This document shows positions 38,801 through 51,601 of a stretch of DNA of 64,000 nt, piece after piece. The notes under the pieces are model-generated. The model did not search any database and was not told the origin of the DNA. It worked only from the letters and a program-made list of their open reading frames with translations. The stretch covers positions 1,984,001-2,048,000 of the forward strand of contig JAYWIR010000036.1 in NCBI GenBank assembly GCA_036172245.1. Direction: 5' to 3'. Origin of the DNA: Raillietiella orientalis (Eukaryota). A program made the translations under genes and the position numbers. Every line of letters begins with the position of its first letter. Positions within the stretch are counted from its first letter, which is position 1.

Positions 38801-40098
38801 TCAAAAAAAGTTCTGATGGTTTACGACGTGAGGGGACCACAAACACCTCCGCCGCAAGCACGGCGGGTCGCAAACACCGCGGTCCGGCGAAAGCTGAGAA
38901 CTTGGGATTCTCCTCCGCGCACCTTTCCCGCGGGTGCGCCGGCGAGAGTGGAGCAATCCTAGTCGGCGGCGGCGACCACTTGCGTACTGCTATCTCTACT
39001 TCGAGGCTTCTTTCTTTACACCCCAAGGATGGCCGTCCTGCTTGGGTGCGCCCCCCCCACGGACACCGAGGTCTGGGAGAGAAAAGGAGGTCGGCTTTTC
39101 TGCGGCTGCGTTTCCTCTTCTACGGAATAGCCTCGCACCCGGGAGACGGCGCCGTCGGAACCTCCTGCTGACGGCACCCTCGAAAACTCGCACAAGGGAA
39201 CCACTCCGCGAAAGGAACGCGCGCGCCTGGGCTTTTTCCGGAGCTCCTTTTTCGGTTTTATCCTCGCTCTTCGGGAAGCCTGGCGGAAACGCAAGAAGGG
39301 CCGCTACCGATAATGCCGAACCGCTCGGGGGAAATGACGGGACGGGGGTGCTAAATAAAACAAGAGGGACTTGGCGAGGCGTGGGCGGCGGTGCTCGCTA
39401 ACGCGAACAAAGCAGAGAAGGTGGACGAGCGCCGCGCAGAAAAAAGGAGAAACAAAAATACAGTGAATAAAGACAACAGCAATGTGCAAACAGCAGCTGT
39501 GGATAAGTAAAATATATTTCTTTCGAGCTGTGGCGGAGGAATGACAACATAGAAGGCGGCGTACTCGAAAGGGCTGAGCACACGGCGGTCGTCGTGGCGG
39601 CACCCGCCTTCCCGCTCAAAGGGAGTCTTAGAATCCTCCACGCACGTCGGCACGGAGCCCGTGAGGGGAAGCGGTTGAGATCCCGGGAGTCCGGAGCTGC
39701 GCCCCGTAGAAGAAGAAGAAAAAAAAAACGTACAAATATATTAAAAAAAAAAGAAAGAAAAAAGAAAAAAAAAGGAAAAAAAATGTAGGACGGGTCGGCT
39801 TTCCGAATGGACGGACACCAGATAGCGCCGCCCGGCCAAAACGACATACATACATACAAGATGGGAATGAGGGATGACGAGCGTGCGGGGCATTACTCCT
39901 TTCGGTCCACAAAGCCAAGAGAATCACAGTTGCAGCCATCATTCCTTGGTTTTAAATTTGAAAAAAAAAAAAAAAAAAAGGAACCACGCTAGAAGGGGGG
40001 AACTCCGCGCATCATTTAGCACTTCCATGTTCCTGGCAGTTTGCTTTTTTAAATACGCCATTCCCGCAAGCGAGGGGGGAGGAGGAGGGAAACGCCTG

Positions 40099-40239
40099 TC
40101 AGACCCACGAGTCCCCGATAGGTTGGTGGTGACCGTCCTGGATCGCGTTGCCACTGAACGGCTCGTCGTCTCTTTCCCACGGTTCTCCTTTTTTTCTATC
40201 CCGGTTGACTTGGGCATACACGGGTTCGCCTGCTTTGGG
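40099..40239 (-). CDS. p120ctn: catenin terminal exon ([17 protein letters not shown]...GDSWV*)
   Basis: Acceptor cctctgttccag; the open frame ends GAC TCG TGG GTC TGA. Confidence 0.92.
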   Translation of the reverse strand, partial: PKAGEPVYAQVNRDRKKGEPWERDDEPFSGNAIQDGHHQPIGDSWV

Positions 40240-43200
40240 CTGGAACAGAGGACAGGTCAGCGAACAGGGGCAGAAGAGCCCACCGGGAGAAATGAAAGCC
40301 CGTGTCTAGCAATGGCTGGGATAGGGGCCGGACAGCTACAGAACGGAAAGAAGAATGTGAGAGCCCGTGCTGACCCGAGAAGGGATCGGAAATTCTGCGG
40401 TACTCACTGGTCTTTGGGAGTACACGCGCGAGTTTCCGGTGGACACCCCGTCCTGGTAGCTCATGTCGGCCATCTGCAGGTCGTTCTGCGAAAAGAAAAG
40501 GGCGGGCGGAGGGGAGACGAGAAGGCGGGAGCAGGAGGAAAGGGAAGCAGGAGAGGTGGTGGGTCGCGACAACGAGATGTGGTTAGCTACTCACCGCCGG
40601 GTGGCGCGCTCTCTGGAACGTGCGGTCCTCGTACCTTGTACCTCCCTGGCTGGACATGGGTCGGTTGAGCGTGTTGTTGGCAGTGGCGGCTGCGCTAGGG
40701 GACCCTGGTCGCGGCGTGCTGGAGCTGCGCGCCGCCGAGGTTCCCAGGAGCGACTTGCACACGAAGTCCTGCTCCTTCCATCCCCCGCGGCGGTACGTGT
40801 CCCTGAGTTCCTGATGCTGCCACATGGTCTGCAGCACCTGGCTGGCGAAGCGGACCTCCTTGGTCGAGTACCGGCCCCTCTGCCAACTGATGCTGACCAG
40901 CCGGTCGACGCCTCCGGCTTCGTACAGGGATCTATTGCCGGGAGAGGGAGGAAAGTCGGCGGTGCCGTGCGCTCGAAGGGGCGGGAACGCGAAGAGGAGG
41001 AGGAGGAGGGGGGAGCACTACCTGGAAAACTCCGGATTCTTCCGGATGACCTCGTTCAGGGTGGCCAAGACGGCACACACGGTTTGGTCAGATGTGCCCT
41101 GGTCGTGCGGAGCGCTGCCGGAGGGCAGCCGGTTCACCAGATCCCTCATGGCGTACTTGCCTGGGGGTCAAAGAGGAGGGAGGCAGTAAAACTTCTGGTA
41201 GGGAGAGTCCAACCAACCGATGAGCTCCTTGTTGCGCTGGTCGATGGCGAGATTACGCAGGGCGGTGGCCACCGCGCAGACGACCTTGTCAACGTCCATG
41301 CGCAGCAGCTCTACCAAGATGGGCAGGCCCTTCTCCTTACGGACCGCCGCGCGTATGTCGGCGCTCGGCTGCCAGTAGCACGCAGCAAGGTTCTGAATGG
41401 CGCCGGCGGCGGCTTCGAGGGTCTCCGGGTTGGAGCAATCAGTCAGGAGAGTGAGGTACGGCTGCACGACCTCTGGTTGCCACAGGAGCTCCATGCCGCT
41501 GACGGGCTCCGCGCGGGCGCCCAGGGCGAACATGCGATTATGGAGGTCTTCCTTCTGGGCGTGCTGGTGGAGGTCCTTTTTCTTGCGCCCGGAGCCGAAG
41601 CAGCCGGACAGGTCATCTACGGGGAGCGGGGAAAGGGGATGCGGTTGAAAAAGACGGAGAGGAAGGGAGTCTCACTCACTTTCCTTTCCCTGGGGGCTCG
41701 ACCGCGACTGGCTGGACGGCGGATACCGGTCGTAGTGAGGATCCTCCACCTCCTGGCATCGGTACGACAGGTTGCGGAGGATGCAGACGCAGTTCTCCAC
41801 GCTCTTGTTGTCGATGTTGGAGTTCCCGAAGGCGGAGCGGACGAGGAACAACAGAGAGTCCACGAGGCCAGGGGTCTCGCGCAGCTTCTTGCGCGCGTAC
41901 TCCCCCGCAGAGCTGATATTCCTGAGGAGCCGTAAACGACACTTGTCAGGACAAACCACCACCACCATCAGCACCACCACCACCAACAACAGCAAACAAG
42001 GGCACGGACCTTAAGACCCCGGATGCATTTCGGAAGACGGTGGACCAGTACACATCATGGTGGTGATCGAGTGTGGCTTGAGTTTTGTCCCACCCAGAAT
42101 GCGGGATGATGACGTAATTAATAAGTGCGGCATGGCTTTCGTCAAGGATCACAGTCTTCAGCTCCTGTGAGTAGGTCGACGGTCATTTTTACACAATAAA
42201 GGTGGTCACAGACCTCCCCCCCCCCCTCACACACACACACACACACACACGAAAAAAAAAAAAAAGACACGAACTTCGCAGGAAGATAAGTTCCAGAGGA
42301 TGCCCGTGACCAGCTCCCTGACTTCGTTGTCGGCGGACTTCTTCAGGAGCCGCACCAGGGCTGCGATGCCTCCTGACTTGGAGATCTCCTTCTTGTTTTC
42401 ATCGTTCTCCCGACCGTAGGAAAGGTTCCTGGCACAAGCAAGGACAATTGAAAAAGTCAGCTTGAAAGTCTCGAAACACATACACAGCTCAAAACGCGCA
42501 GAAGAAAAGCTGAGGGCAAGAAACGCGAACACGGGATCCGGCGACGCCTCGCCAGCAACATAGCGCCGTGCGCACCACCGTCATCCCCCTCCCATTAGAC
42601 AGCAGAGGTGATAGGCAGAAAAAAGAAACTCTCTGCCATTTCGCAAAACTCCCTCCGGGAGGCGAGACCAAACCTCCCCATAGTGGGCTTTCTACCAGAG
42701 TTACGAGGAACCCGCAGCAGCGGCTTTTTTTTCTTTTGGTTTGTTTGTTTGCTTTCGAGTACGCGGAGTCATTCCATCCTGGATAAAGACCTTGACATAT
42801 AGTGCAGTGTGCAACCACAAAGTATCCAACCGACTAACCTGAAAACCGAAATAACAGTAATCACATGGATGAGCAGGAAAACGCCATTCGACGATTCAAA
42901 CCGAAATATGCAAAATCGGAAACTGTTTACGAAAGGTGTTTACGAGAACGTACATGACGGCACCGCATTCCCAAGATTCCTTTGCGGGAGAGGAAGGGAG
43001 AGGAAGAGGAAAAAAGGAGAGAGAGAGAGAGAGAGAGGAAAAAAAAAACACGAAAAAGGGCATAACACAGTCAAATTCCTAACTAGGCTGTCGCTTCGGA
43101 ATTTTGCTCCCAACTCTCCGCTACCCGGAGAAAGGTTCATCAAAAATGATTTGCTTATTTATATGATTAGGTCACCTGGAGATATGCCTTTCCGTCTCCA

Positions 43201-46200
43201 AAGGCGATCACCGCGAGCCAGAAAGAACTCTTTTCAGATGGGCCAGAAAAACTGGGAACAGAGTAACTAGGAGGACAATTTGCATACGCAAATGCGAGGC
43301 CGAGCGACCGATACACAGTACCTTTCCTTCAGTCTGTCCACACACGTGTACCGGTCGAAAAACAGGATCACGGCGGGGAAGGGAGAAAAGGTTCACCGAT
43401 CTACGGGAAGCCGGACTCACGAAGAGGGGAAGAACCCGCCGTTCCAGCGCCAAAAAAGGGAATGAATCAAGGAGCCCGCGCGTGGAAACGTAAGGCTCCC
43501 CAGGTGCTGATGCTGGAAAATCGGGGGCGGGCAGCGGCAGCAGCAATGCTCCCCGGAATTCACACGGAGATGTGTTTCGGAACGGCTTTCTTCGAGTCGT
43601 TCGAAGATGAAAGCCGAATGGCTATGAACGGATCCGAAATCATCTTCTGGGAACAAAAGCCGAGTGCCGAATGTAGAAAGTTCCCTGAGACCTCATCAAC
43701 GTCAGGCACCTCGGGTTGCCAAGATACCTCTAACCCACCTCCTGAGTGCTTCTCTCTTGATGCACCCGGCTAATAAAGGAAGAAAAAGAAGAAGAAAAAA
43801 AAAAAACGCGATTCGAAATCCTCTCCTGAGGAATCACGTGCACACCAGTGTTAAAAATACGCACGTATATTATATACGGTCCGAAATTACTGACAGAAGA
43901 TGCAGCGGGCGATTGAAGAAAGAAAGAAAAAAAATGGGGAAAGATGTCTGAATACAGGAAAGAAAGAAAAAAAAGATGAAATTTGCAGGGGGTGTCGGGG
44001 GAAAATTAAAAGTTACGATCATTATTTCCAGATTATGCCACGGCTTCCAGATGGATGCACTTGATACATGCACTGACATGACGCAAATGTGGAATAACTT
44101 GAGCACGCCGGTGAATTTATACACTCACACTGAAATCATAACGCACGGCGCTCGTATTCGAAAGAGTCCACGAAAACATTCATGCAGTCAGTTGTCGAGT
44201 AACACTCTTAGCCCTTTTCTCTTGTATGACTAAGCGTACCAAAGAGTTCATGGTAGAGCTTTCTTCGTACTCACTCGTGCAGCAACAAAATGCGGATGGC
44301 CATCATCCACGTTCAGTAAGACAAAAAGAAAAACCGAGAACGTTCCATACGGTTACTCTCAAGAAATTTATGGAGGCAACTTTATGACACACCGCACGCA
44401 TCGGAAAGAGGATCACACCTAACTAACCGATGATGGATGATAAACCAAAGCATCTGCTGCCTAAAGAAATGGTGTCCTGATCGCTCGTTCGAATCCGCAA
44501 AGGCGTTCTCTGTCCAGAGACGCAAGAACTCTTGGAAGCTGCCTGAGAGAGGGACGGCGATGCGCGCAATGCTCCTGACCACGGCATCGCGGTGAGCTGC
44601 TTCAAGACGGCCATTCAGCTGGACAAGCTGGGTTTCCGAATTCACGGAAAGCGCGCCCGAAGCGCCAACATGCAAAACTTGATGGCCTCGATGCACCAGG
44701 AATTCGGCGCCACGCCTGCGTTCATCGCCGATCGCACCGGCATTTCCGCACGCAGACCTCTGGCACGGCGGTTCGCTTCAGAGCCGCCTACCATCCGGAA
44801 GGCGGCTTTCCAGAGAAGGCGGTTCCCCCTTCTTTTGAACGGAGGAGGACGGTCGACCGCGGACCACGACTCGACTTTTATCCCAGGGAGCGCGAACCCT
44901 TCGGGAGGTCGGAAGGAATGACTCGGATTTTATTTTAACACCTGACGCGGCTGCACCGACGTGAAAGACGAAGAACGAGCTGCACCGGAACTCCGCGACC
45001 AGCATCGAGAGCAGAAGCGGGAACATGGAGATGCCTGGCGTGACAAGTCGCCTGGGAAGACGTGGATGCTTGAACAGAGAGCAATCCTGGAGCAGTCCTC
45101 GCGATTTGGATAAAGATACAGATTGGGGGAATTTCCCCCCACCCACTTCATCCACCCTCACCCCCTATCAGAGCCGATGTGAGTGGGAGCTGACGAAACG
45201 TTTCCAAACACCGCCCACCATGTATCAGAACGGCCAGTTAGCATGACCACCAGAAACCGGGAGACGCAGGCGGGTGGGTCAAAGAGAGGCCAGAAAGCCG
45301 AGAGAACCTGCGTGGAAGCACGCGGAAAGTAAGCCAACCTGTGCGGCTCCCGAACGAAAGTGCAAAGGAGAATCTCCAAATGACAGCAATCGGAGGTAGG
45401 AAAGAATGCGACGGGAACAATTTCGGAGTGCGAAGAAGTACTTGGATGGTACACAAAACGCGATTCTGCTCACAGAGGAGAGTGCTTCCCGGGCCAGAAC
45501 TCTTTGCACAGCAGCACGCCCCTCCCCTCTCCCCTGGTACGGCGATGCAGGAAGGCGGGAGAGGGCAGCTGACGCGCAAAGAAGAACGCGTGAATGGAAG
45601 TGGCCTTTCCGCCTTCGAAGAGGACAGGAGGAGGTGCGACAGCGAACTGTCCGGTAGCCAAATCAACACATCTTTTCGAATCTCCGGAGTTCCGAACCGG
45701 TCGCTTGCGGTCCGACACCAAAGAGAGGGCGCGACGGCCGATGCAGTTTCGGCACGGGGGGTGAACAGGGACCGCCTCGGACGGTTCTGCACTGCCCCCT
45801 ACAGGCATGAGATTCTTCTCTGACACCGAACTTGGCCTCGAGAGCCTGCGGCTCGGATCGAGCCTCTGCCGGCAGACTGGAATGCCAGGAAGCAGCGCAT
45901 GCGTGAACGGGCGATGCGCTCCAGTGCCCACTGCCGCCCACCACAGGGCGACCGGCCTCGAACAGCAAGCTGGACACCCGGAAGCGGCCCGAACTCTTTG
46001 ACTCTTTGATTATTGAGGCTTCCGCTGGTCCCAGGATTTGCCGCAAAGGCGAGATCGAAGTCGTGACGGTACCTTGCATCACGGCCGAGCACGCGGATGG
46101 TGGTGATCCGTGCTACAGACTGGGAGAACAAATCACCTGGGGGCGTTGAGCGAGCGGCAGTTCCCTCCTCCGGGATCCCTGTCAGGATCCCTCCTCGACC

Positions 46201-49200
46201 CTGTCCCCAGCTTTGACTTGGCGCCCTTTCTCCTTGGGTTTTCCTTTCCCGAAGTGCCAAGAGAAAGCGCTCGGACCCGAACACTAAGAAACACTGTTCC
46301 CGCAGGCTTTCGTGCCCCGAAGAACAAGGGAGAACCCGGAAAAGAGCAGAAGCGATTTAAACGAGATCACGAAAGGCGCCCAGCTCTCGGGGAATTCCCA
46401 TTCCGTAAAGAGCTCGGTTCGAATACGCGAGATGAACGGGGGGAAAGGTTTGGCTGAACCGTGGAAGTGTCCGAACGCGAAATGCGCATGCCCTTGCTCG
46501 CGGGAGGCAAAACCGAAAACGCGAACACCAGCGTCTGTGATTTAACGGGGAAGAAAAAAAAAAAAGTGGTGCGACCGAGTTTCCGGCAGTGGGATTTCGA
46601 TACACCGCAAAAGACTGTAAGAAGAGCATCGTGCGTCGAGGCAAAGAGAAATGGAAACATCCAGAAGCAGAAGGGGGCAGGGCTGAGAAGCCACGTGACG
46701 CAGAGCGGGCACCCGTATTCAATGGGAGATCGGAACGTTCTCCACGTGACCCACAGAAAAGGTGGGTTTCACAACCGCGCACACCTCGCCATCATTTCCG
46801 AGACCGAGTCCACTTTCTATCCCACGTGTCACAAGTAGGTGCCAAAAATGTTTGCAAACACGGCGACAGCTCGGATGCTGTTGCCCTACTGGATTCCCAT
46901 TTCTCTCTCTAGAGCGTGCGCTCCCGGGCTTTCGACGCACCAACATACGCGAGTCTGAACCTCGAAGGCTTGCGGCGCCACAGCGATGGGCAGGCACCAG
47001 CAAACGGCAAGCGGAGAAGATGGCGAGCGCAGTGCAGGCGCGGACACCGGCGCGTGCAGCCAAAGCACAACGCTGGCACCCTCCATGACAAGGGGCGCGC
47101 CCAAAGTTCACCTCCGGAAGAAGCAGCAGCACCTATGGTCGGGACGCGCCGTTCTTTCCGCTTCAAGAGCTTTCCTCGGAAACGGAATCCTCCCGCCGGA
47201 AGGCGTTTAAGGCGAAAATTTCCGGACGTTTCGCTGAGTTCGAAGCGAGGGCGCGACCTGCGTCTGGGGACGCAGATTGAATTCACTCGCTGGAAACAGC
47301 TCTGGACCTATTTCGGATGATTTATGCGTGCTTGAAACACTTCCGGAAGCACTTCAGAACACACGAAATGATTTCTACGCGGAGACTGGCCTTTATTTAT
47401 TTATCTCCCTCTTCTTCTTCCTTCGCCCTTCCCCCTCCTTACGTTAAGGAGGGAGAACACGTTTTGCTTAAAAAGCGTTTTTATGCACCAGAAAACCGCT
47501 TCGGGAACCGGGGAAACGGGTAAGGGAAAACCGATGCTTCCGCATAGGTTGCGCGGGAGCAGGCACGCGTACTCTTTGTGGTGACGCAAGCGCGAACTCC
47601 GTGTTCCGGAAACTTCTTCGCTCGAAATGCACAGTGAAGACGATGTCGCCCATAAGGCCGCAGAAGTAAGAAGGAAAGCGGACCTTCGGCAAGACCTCAC
47701 GTTGGAACCAAAAAGCCGCATCAAATTTTTTGCATATCTCGGCTGTTCCAGCGCACAGAATCTCTCGATCATAGCAGCCCACTGGTCCCGTCCGCTCCTC
47801 GGAAAACGCGGGGCGGAGAAGATGCTTGGAGCCACCTCGCTGATTCATTTTGATCAGGAGAAGCACAGAGTCCACTGCGCAGGTCCGACGTCCATCAGGA
47901 GTGGAAGAAATGCATACGCTCCGCTCGAACCGAAGACAAAAAGAGCAAACAAAACAACATAAGAGCCGTTGCTCGACAGCTTCTCCTCCTGAAGACTTTC
48001 AAGGATTAAGGACAGTGAAAACAAGGATGAAAGGATGACGGATGCAGCTACGGAAGGCTGCACGCACAAAAGATACATATGATACCCGGTGTGTACGGAA
48101 GTGAAGCGTCATCTGAATCACACCTAGCCGAAACTCACAGCATCGCATAACCGGCAAACCAGGCGACGAAGATCACAGAAACATGGTGGAAACCCCCCTG
48201 GGGTTCTTCTGCTTTCGCTGCTTCCCTTCCAGCTTTTTTTTTTTTTTCTTTTCGGAGGTTTCCTTGGGTTCGTTAAGTACTCGAGAACCGTTCGCATAGG
48301 GGCTCACGAAGAACACCTTGCACACTAGGGCGCCTCATGAATCTGGGAAGGCTTCGGAGGGAGGAATCCGTTCGTCTCATGCCTAGGAAGAGAACCCCTA
48401 AGGGAGCCCTCCGCACTTGTTGCCTCCGTCTAACTCCTCAGTGAGGGAGTTACCCCAGGAGGGGACCATATCTCATGAATCCAGGAGGGCTCCGGAATAA
48501 GGAGTCCGTTCCTCCTCTCGCCCTTGGGAGGGAACGCCGAAGGGAACCTCTTCCTTATTCTCTCCGGAGGGACCCCCGGAGGGGGACGCTTTTGGAATTT
48601 CTTCTCCGGAGGGGGCTCGCAAGGGAACCGCTCCTTGGTTTGCCCTCTGAAGAGAACCCCAAAGGGAACCTCCAAGCGCTTCTTGACACGCTGGCGAGGC
48701 AACTCCCTGACGGGGGTACCAACCAGCTCTAGGCTGCGCGATGGAGGGGAACCCGATGGGAACCTAAGCTCCTCGATTCCTGGAAAGACCCCGTAGAATC
48801 GACTTCCCGTCCCAACCAGCCAAAAGGGGCATCCGGTTTCCTGCTGCTTCCACCAGTGCCTGGCCCGAATAGGCCAGTCAGCGTCATCCTGTAAGGAAGG
48901 GGGGGGAGGAAGGGGAGAGATCGAAACCCGCAGAGCACCTGCTGTTCTCGGTGCCGATCCTTCCCCGGGTGGTATTCGAACCCGCGACGTTCGGCGCGGC
49001 CTCCAACGCGGGCATCGCGACAAGTCCGATAGTGCGACAGAGAACGCAAGGATGCAACGAAGACGCGCAAGCACGCCGAGGGCTTGACATGTGTCACGCA
49101 AAGACGCGCTGAGCGAGGAGATTCGACGGGTACGGGTAGGGAGGGAAGGAGGGGGAAGCGAATGTTCGGATTTGGACGCGTTTGAGGTGAAGCGGAAAGC

Positions 49201-51557
49201 CCGCGGTAGGAGCCACAGGTTTCACAAGGAAAACAGCAGAAGAAATTTCCCGGACAACACGTATTCGCGCAATCATCTTGAATTATTTCAGATGAAAAGA
49301 TGAGACAGCAAAAAAAAAAGGGGGAGGGGTGGGGGTGGGGGTGGAGGGGAGCCTACGAATGTTTCCAACTTAAGGCCGCTCCGTCTGCAGCCCACATGTA
49401 CAAGTAAAGCCGGCCTCTCGCAGCTTCCTCAATGGACGCGCGAAGTGATCTCCAAACAAAGTGCCCGGGGCTGTAACAGCAGGATGCTATGCAAGCACGG
49501 AAGGTTAAAAATAGCAGCAAACCGCCGATCCCTGCTATGAGACAACACGAAGCGATTCGCGAGGCGCACCCCATCCTCGTTCTGGTCCTCACCGGAAGAT
49601 CCTCCGACGGATCCGTGAATTCGGCGCGAAAGGAGGAGCCGACCCGTGAGGGGGAAAAAAAAAAAAAAAAAGGCACGGCGACGAACGAAGTCGCGAGCGC
49701 CACGCAGGGGAACTGCAGGTACTCGCGAAGCGATCTGTCCTCGTGCGATCTTGACCTTTTCGCCCCCTCGAGAAACGATCGCGGACGAAGATGGCGGCTA
49801 CAGTAGCCGGATGCGAAGCTGCAGTGAAAACAAAACAAAAAGCAGGAGAATAAACAAGAACGATCACACGTGTTCTGGTCACGTATCCTGGATACAAATG
49901 CTACGTTTCACGGACGAAGACGGATCCAACCCTGGTCGTCTGCACGAAGCACAAGAAATAAAACGGATGGAGATCTGCCTCCGTACAGGGGCAGACTGCT
50001 ATCGCCACGCGGGATTTCCGCCGAAGAGGAATCACAGATTTCGATGCAAAATCGTTCGTTCCCCAAGACCGCAAAACGGGATTGCGTTCACGATTTCCTT
50101 CTTCGTTTCTCCGGATCCAGGGCTCGCATCCAGTGCTCGATGTGACGGCATAGGAACGTCCGGAAGTGTATGGCATCGTCACTTTTACGTTGGGTGGTGC
50201 ACCCCTCCCTTATTTAGAAGTACATCGTACCGAATTCTATCATTTATTCATGCTATTATTCATTCATCAAATTGCCAACTATTATATAATGGATTCGCTG
50301 GAAACGTGTCCATTTATCAAACACGGCTAGCACACCGGCGTAAGATAACAAGATTCGGGACGGCGGACACTGTCCGCTTGTGGCACGGCATCCCCCCGTT
50401 CAGGGGTGGCGTACCGAGGTGACCAGCGTAAAAGTTTAGAGGGACCGACGCGCTCCTCCCATGTTCCCCACGGTCCGTGTCTGGAGCACACACACGAAAC
50501 CCAACGTGGCTGCTGCCGGGACGGGGTCGCCGCCGGTGGGGGACCTGGAAGCGAAGAGGAAGACCGAGTGAAAGCGAGTGCGGGAGGATGGGAGGGCAGG
50601 CCAGGGTCGGTGGAAAGGAAACACGCGGCACGCCAGCCGGCAGACGCGCGCTCTTCCCGCTACGCACGGATCCCGTCTTCGGCAGTACCAGGCGACTCCA
50701 GGGTGACGCGCACACGCGGATTATACGCATGCGCAGCTCTAGAGCACGCACACACGCAGAGACCAGCGAAACTCCGAAGCCTCCGTCGTTTCTCCGGATT
50801 GCTGCCGCTGCACAGCCTGAAGGACGGGTGGTCATGGCGGCCACGAGTTCTGCGAGGGCGTTCGACGGCAGCAGCACCGCCCGTCTTACAGACCGAGCAG
50901 TGGCTGCGCTCCGCGCGCCGCCGACTCATCCCAACCTTTCGACCCCCCCGGAAGGAGAAAAACTCTTCATTTACCGTAAGGCTCCACAGGCATTTCGGTG
51001 CACTTCCGGGATTTCGGAATTCAGCAGGGCGACCAAAGGTGGGATGCCTCCCAGAGCCTTCGTTTTGCTTTTCATCAAGTTGTCCATATAGCACAGGTGC
51101 TGGAGGTACGCGGCTGCATTAGCTTGCACGACACTGTTACTGTGTTTCAGAAATTCGATCACTTCTTTCAGATCAGGGTCACGATATCGCACTAAAAGGA
51201 AAAACAAAAACGCGTTCCTCAGTAAGAGAATCCACTTATGGGCACGGACAAATGAAACAAGCATCTAATAGAGGAGGGATAAATGCGTTCTGCTTCTCGT
51301 GAAGAATGATCTTTATTTAATCACTACCAACATTCTCTCTATCTCTCTCTCCTGTTTACCTGAGTCCAGTTTCGAGATGCGTTCGTCTTCATCGAGGTGC
51401 GCTTTCGGTGCAGAGAGCGAGGGATCGAAACGGTGCAACTGCTCGAAACACAAAGCGTCTTTCCCCGCGTGGTGACGTGCGCTTTCGTGCAATGCTTCAC
51501 ATTTACAGGGGAAAAGGTAAAAGGTACACTCCGCAATGATGAAAATGATCGGAACGT

Positions 51558-51601
<44 letters not shown>

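Noticed and set aside
40463..41935. 490-aa plus-strand ORF
   Set aside because: Antisense shadow of the GC3-rich catenin exons; no recognisable domain.
48515..48690. Periodic units considered as a CRISPR-like array
   Set aside because: The units are degenerate and contiguous, with no unique spacers or cas genes, in a eukaryotic context.
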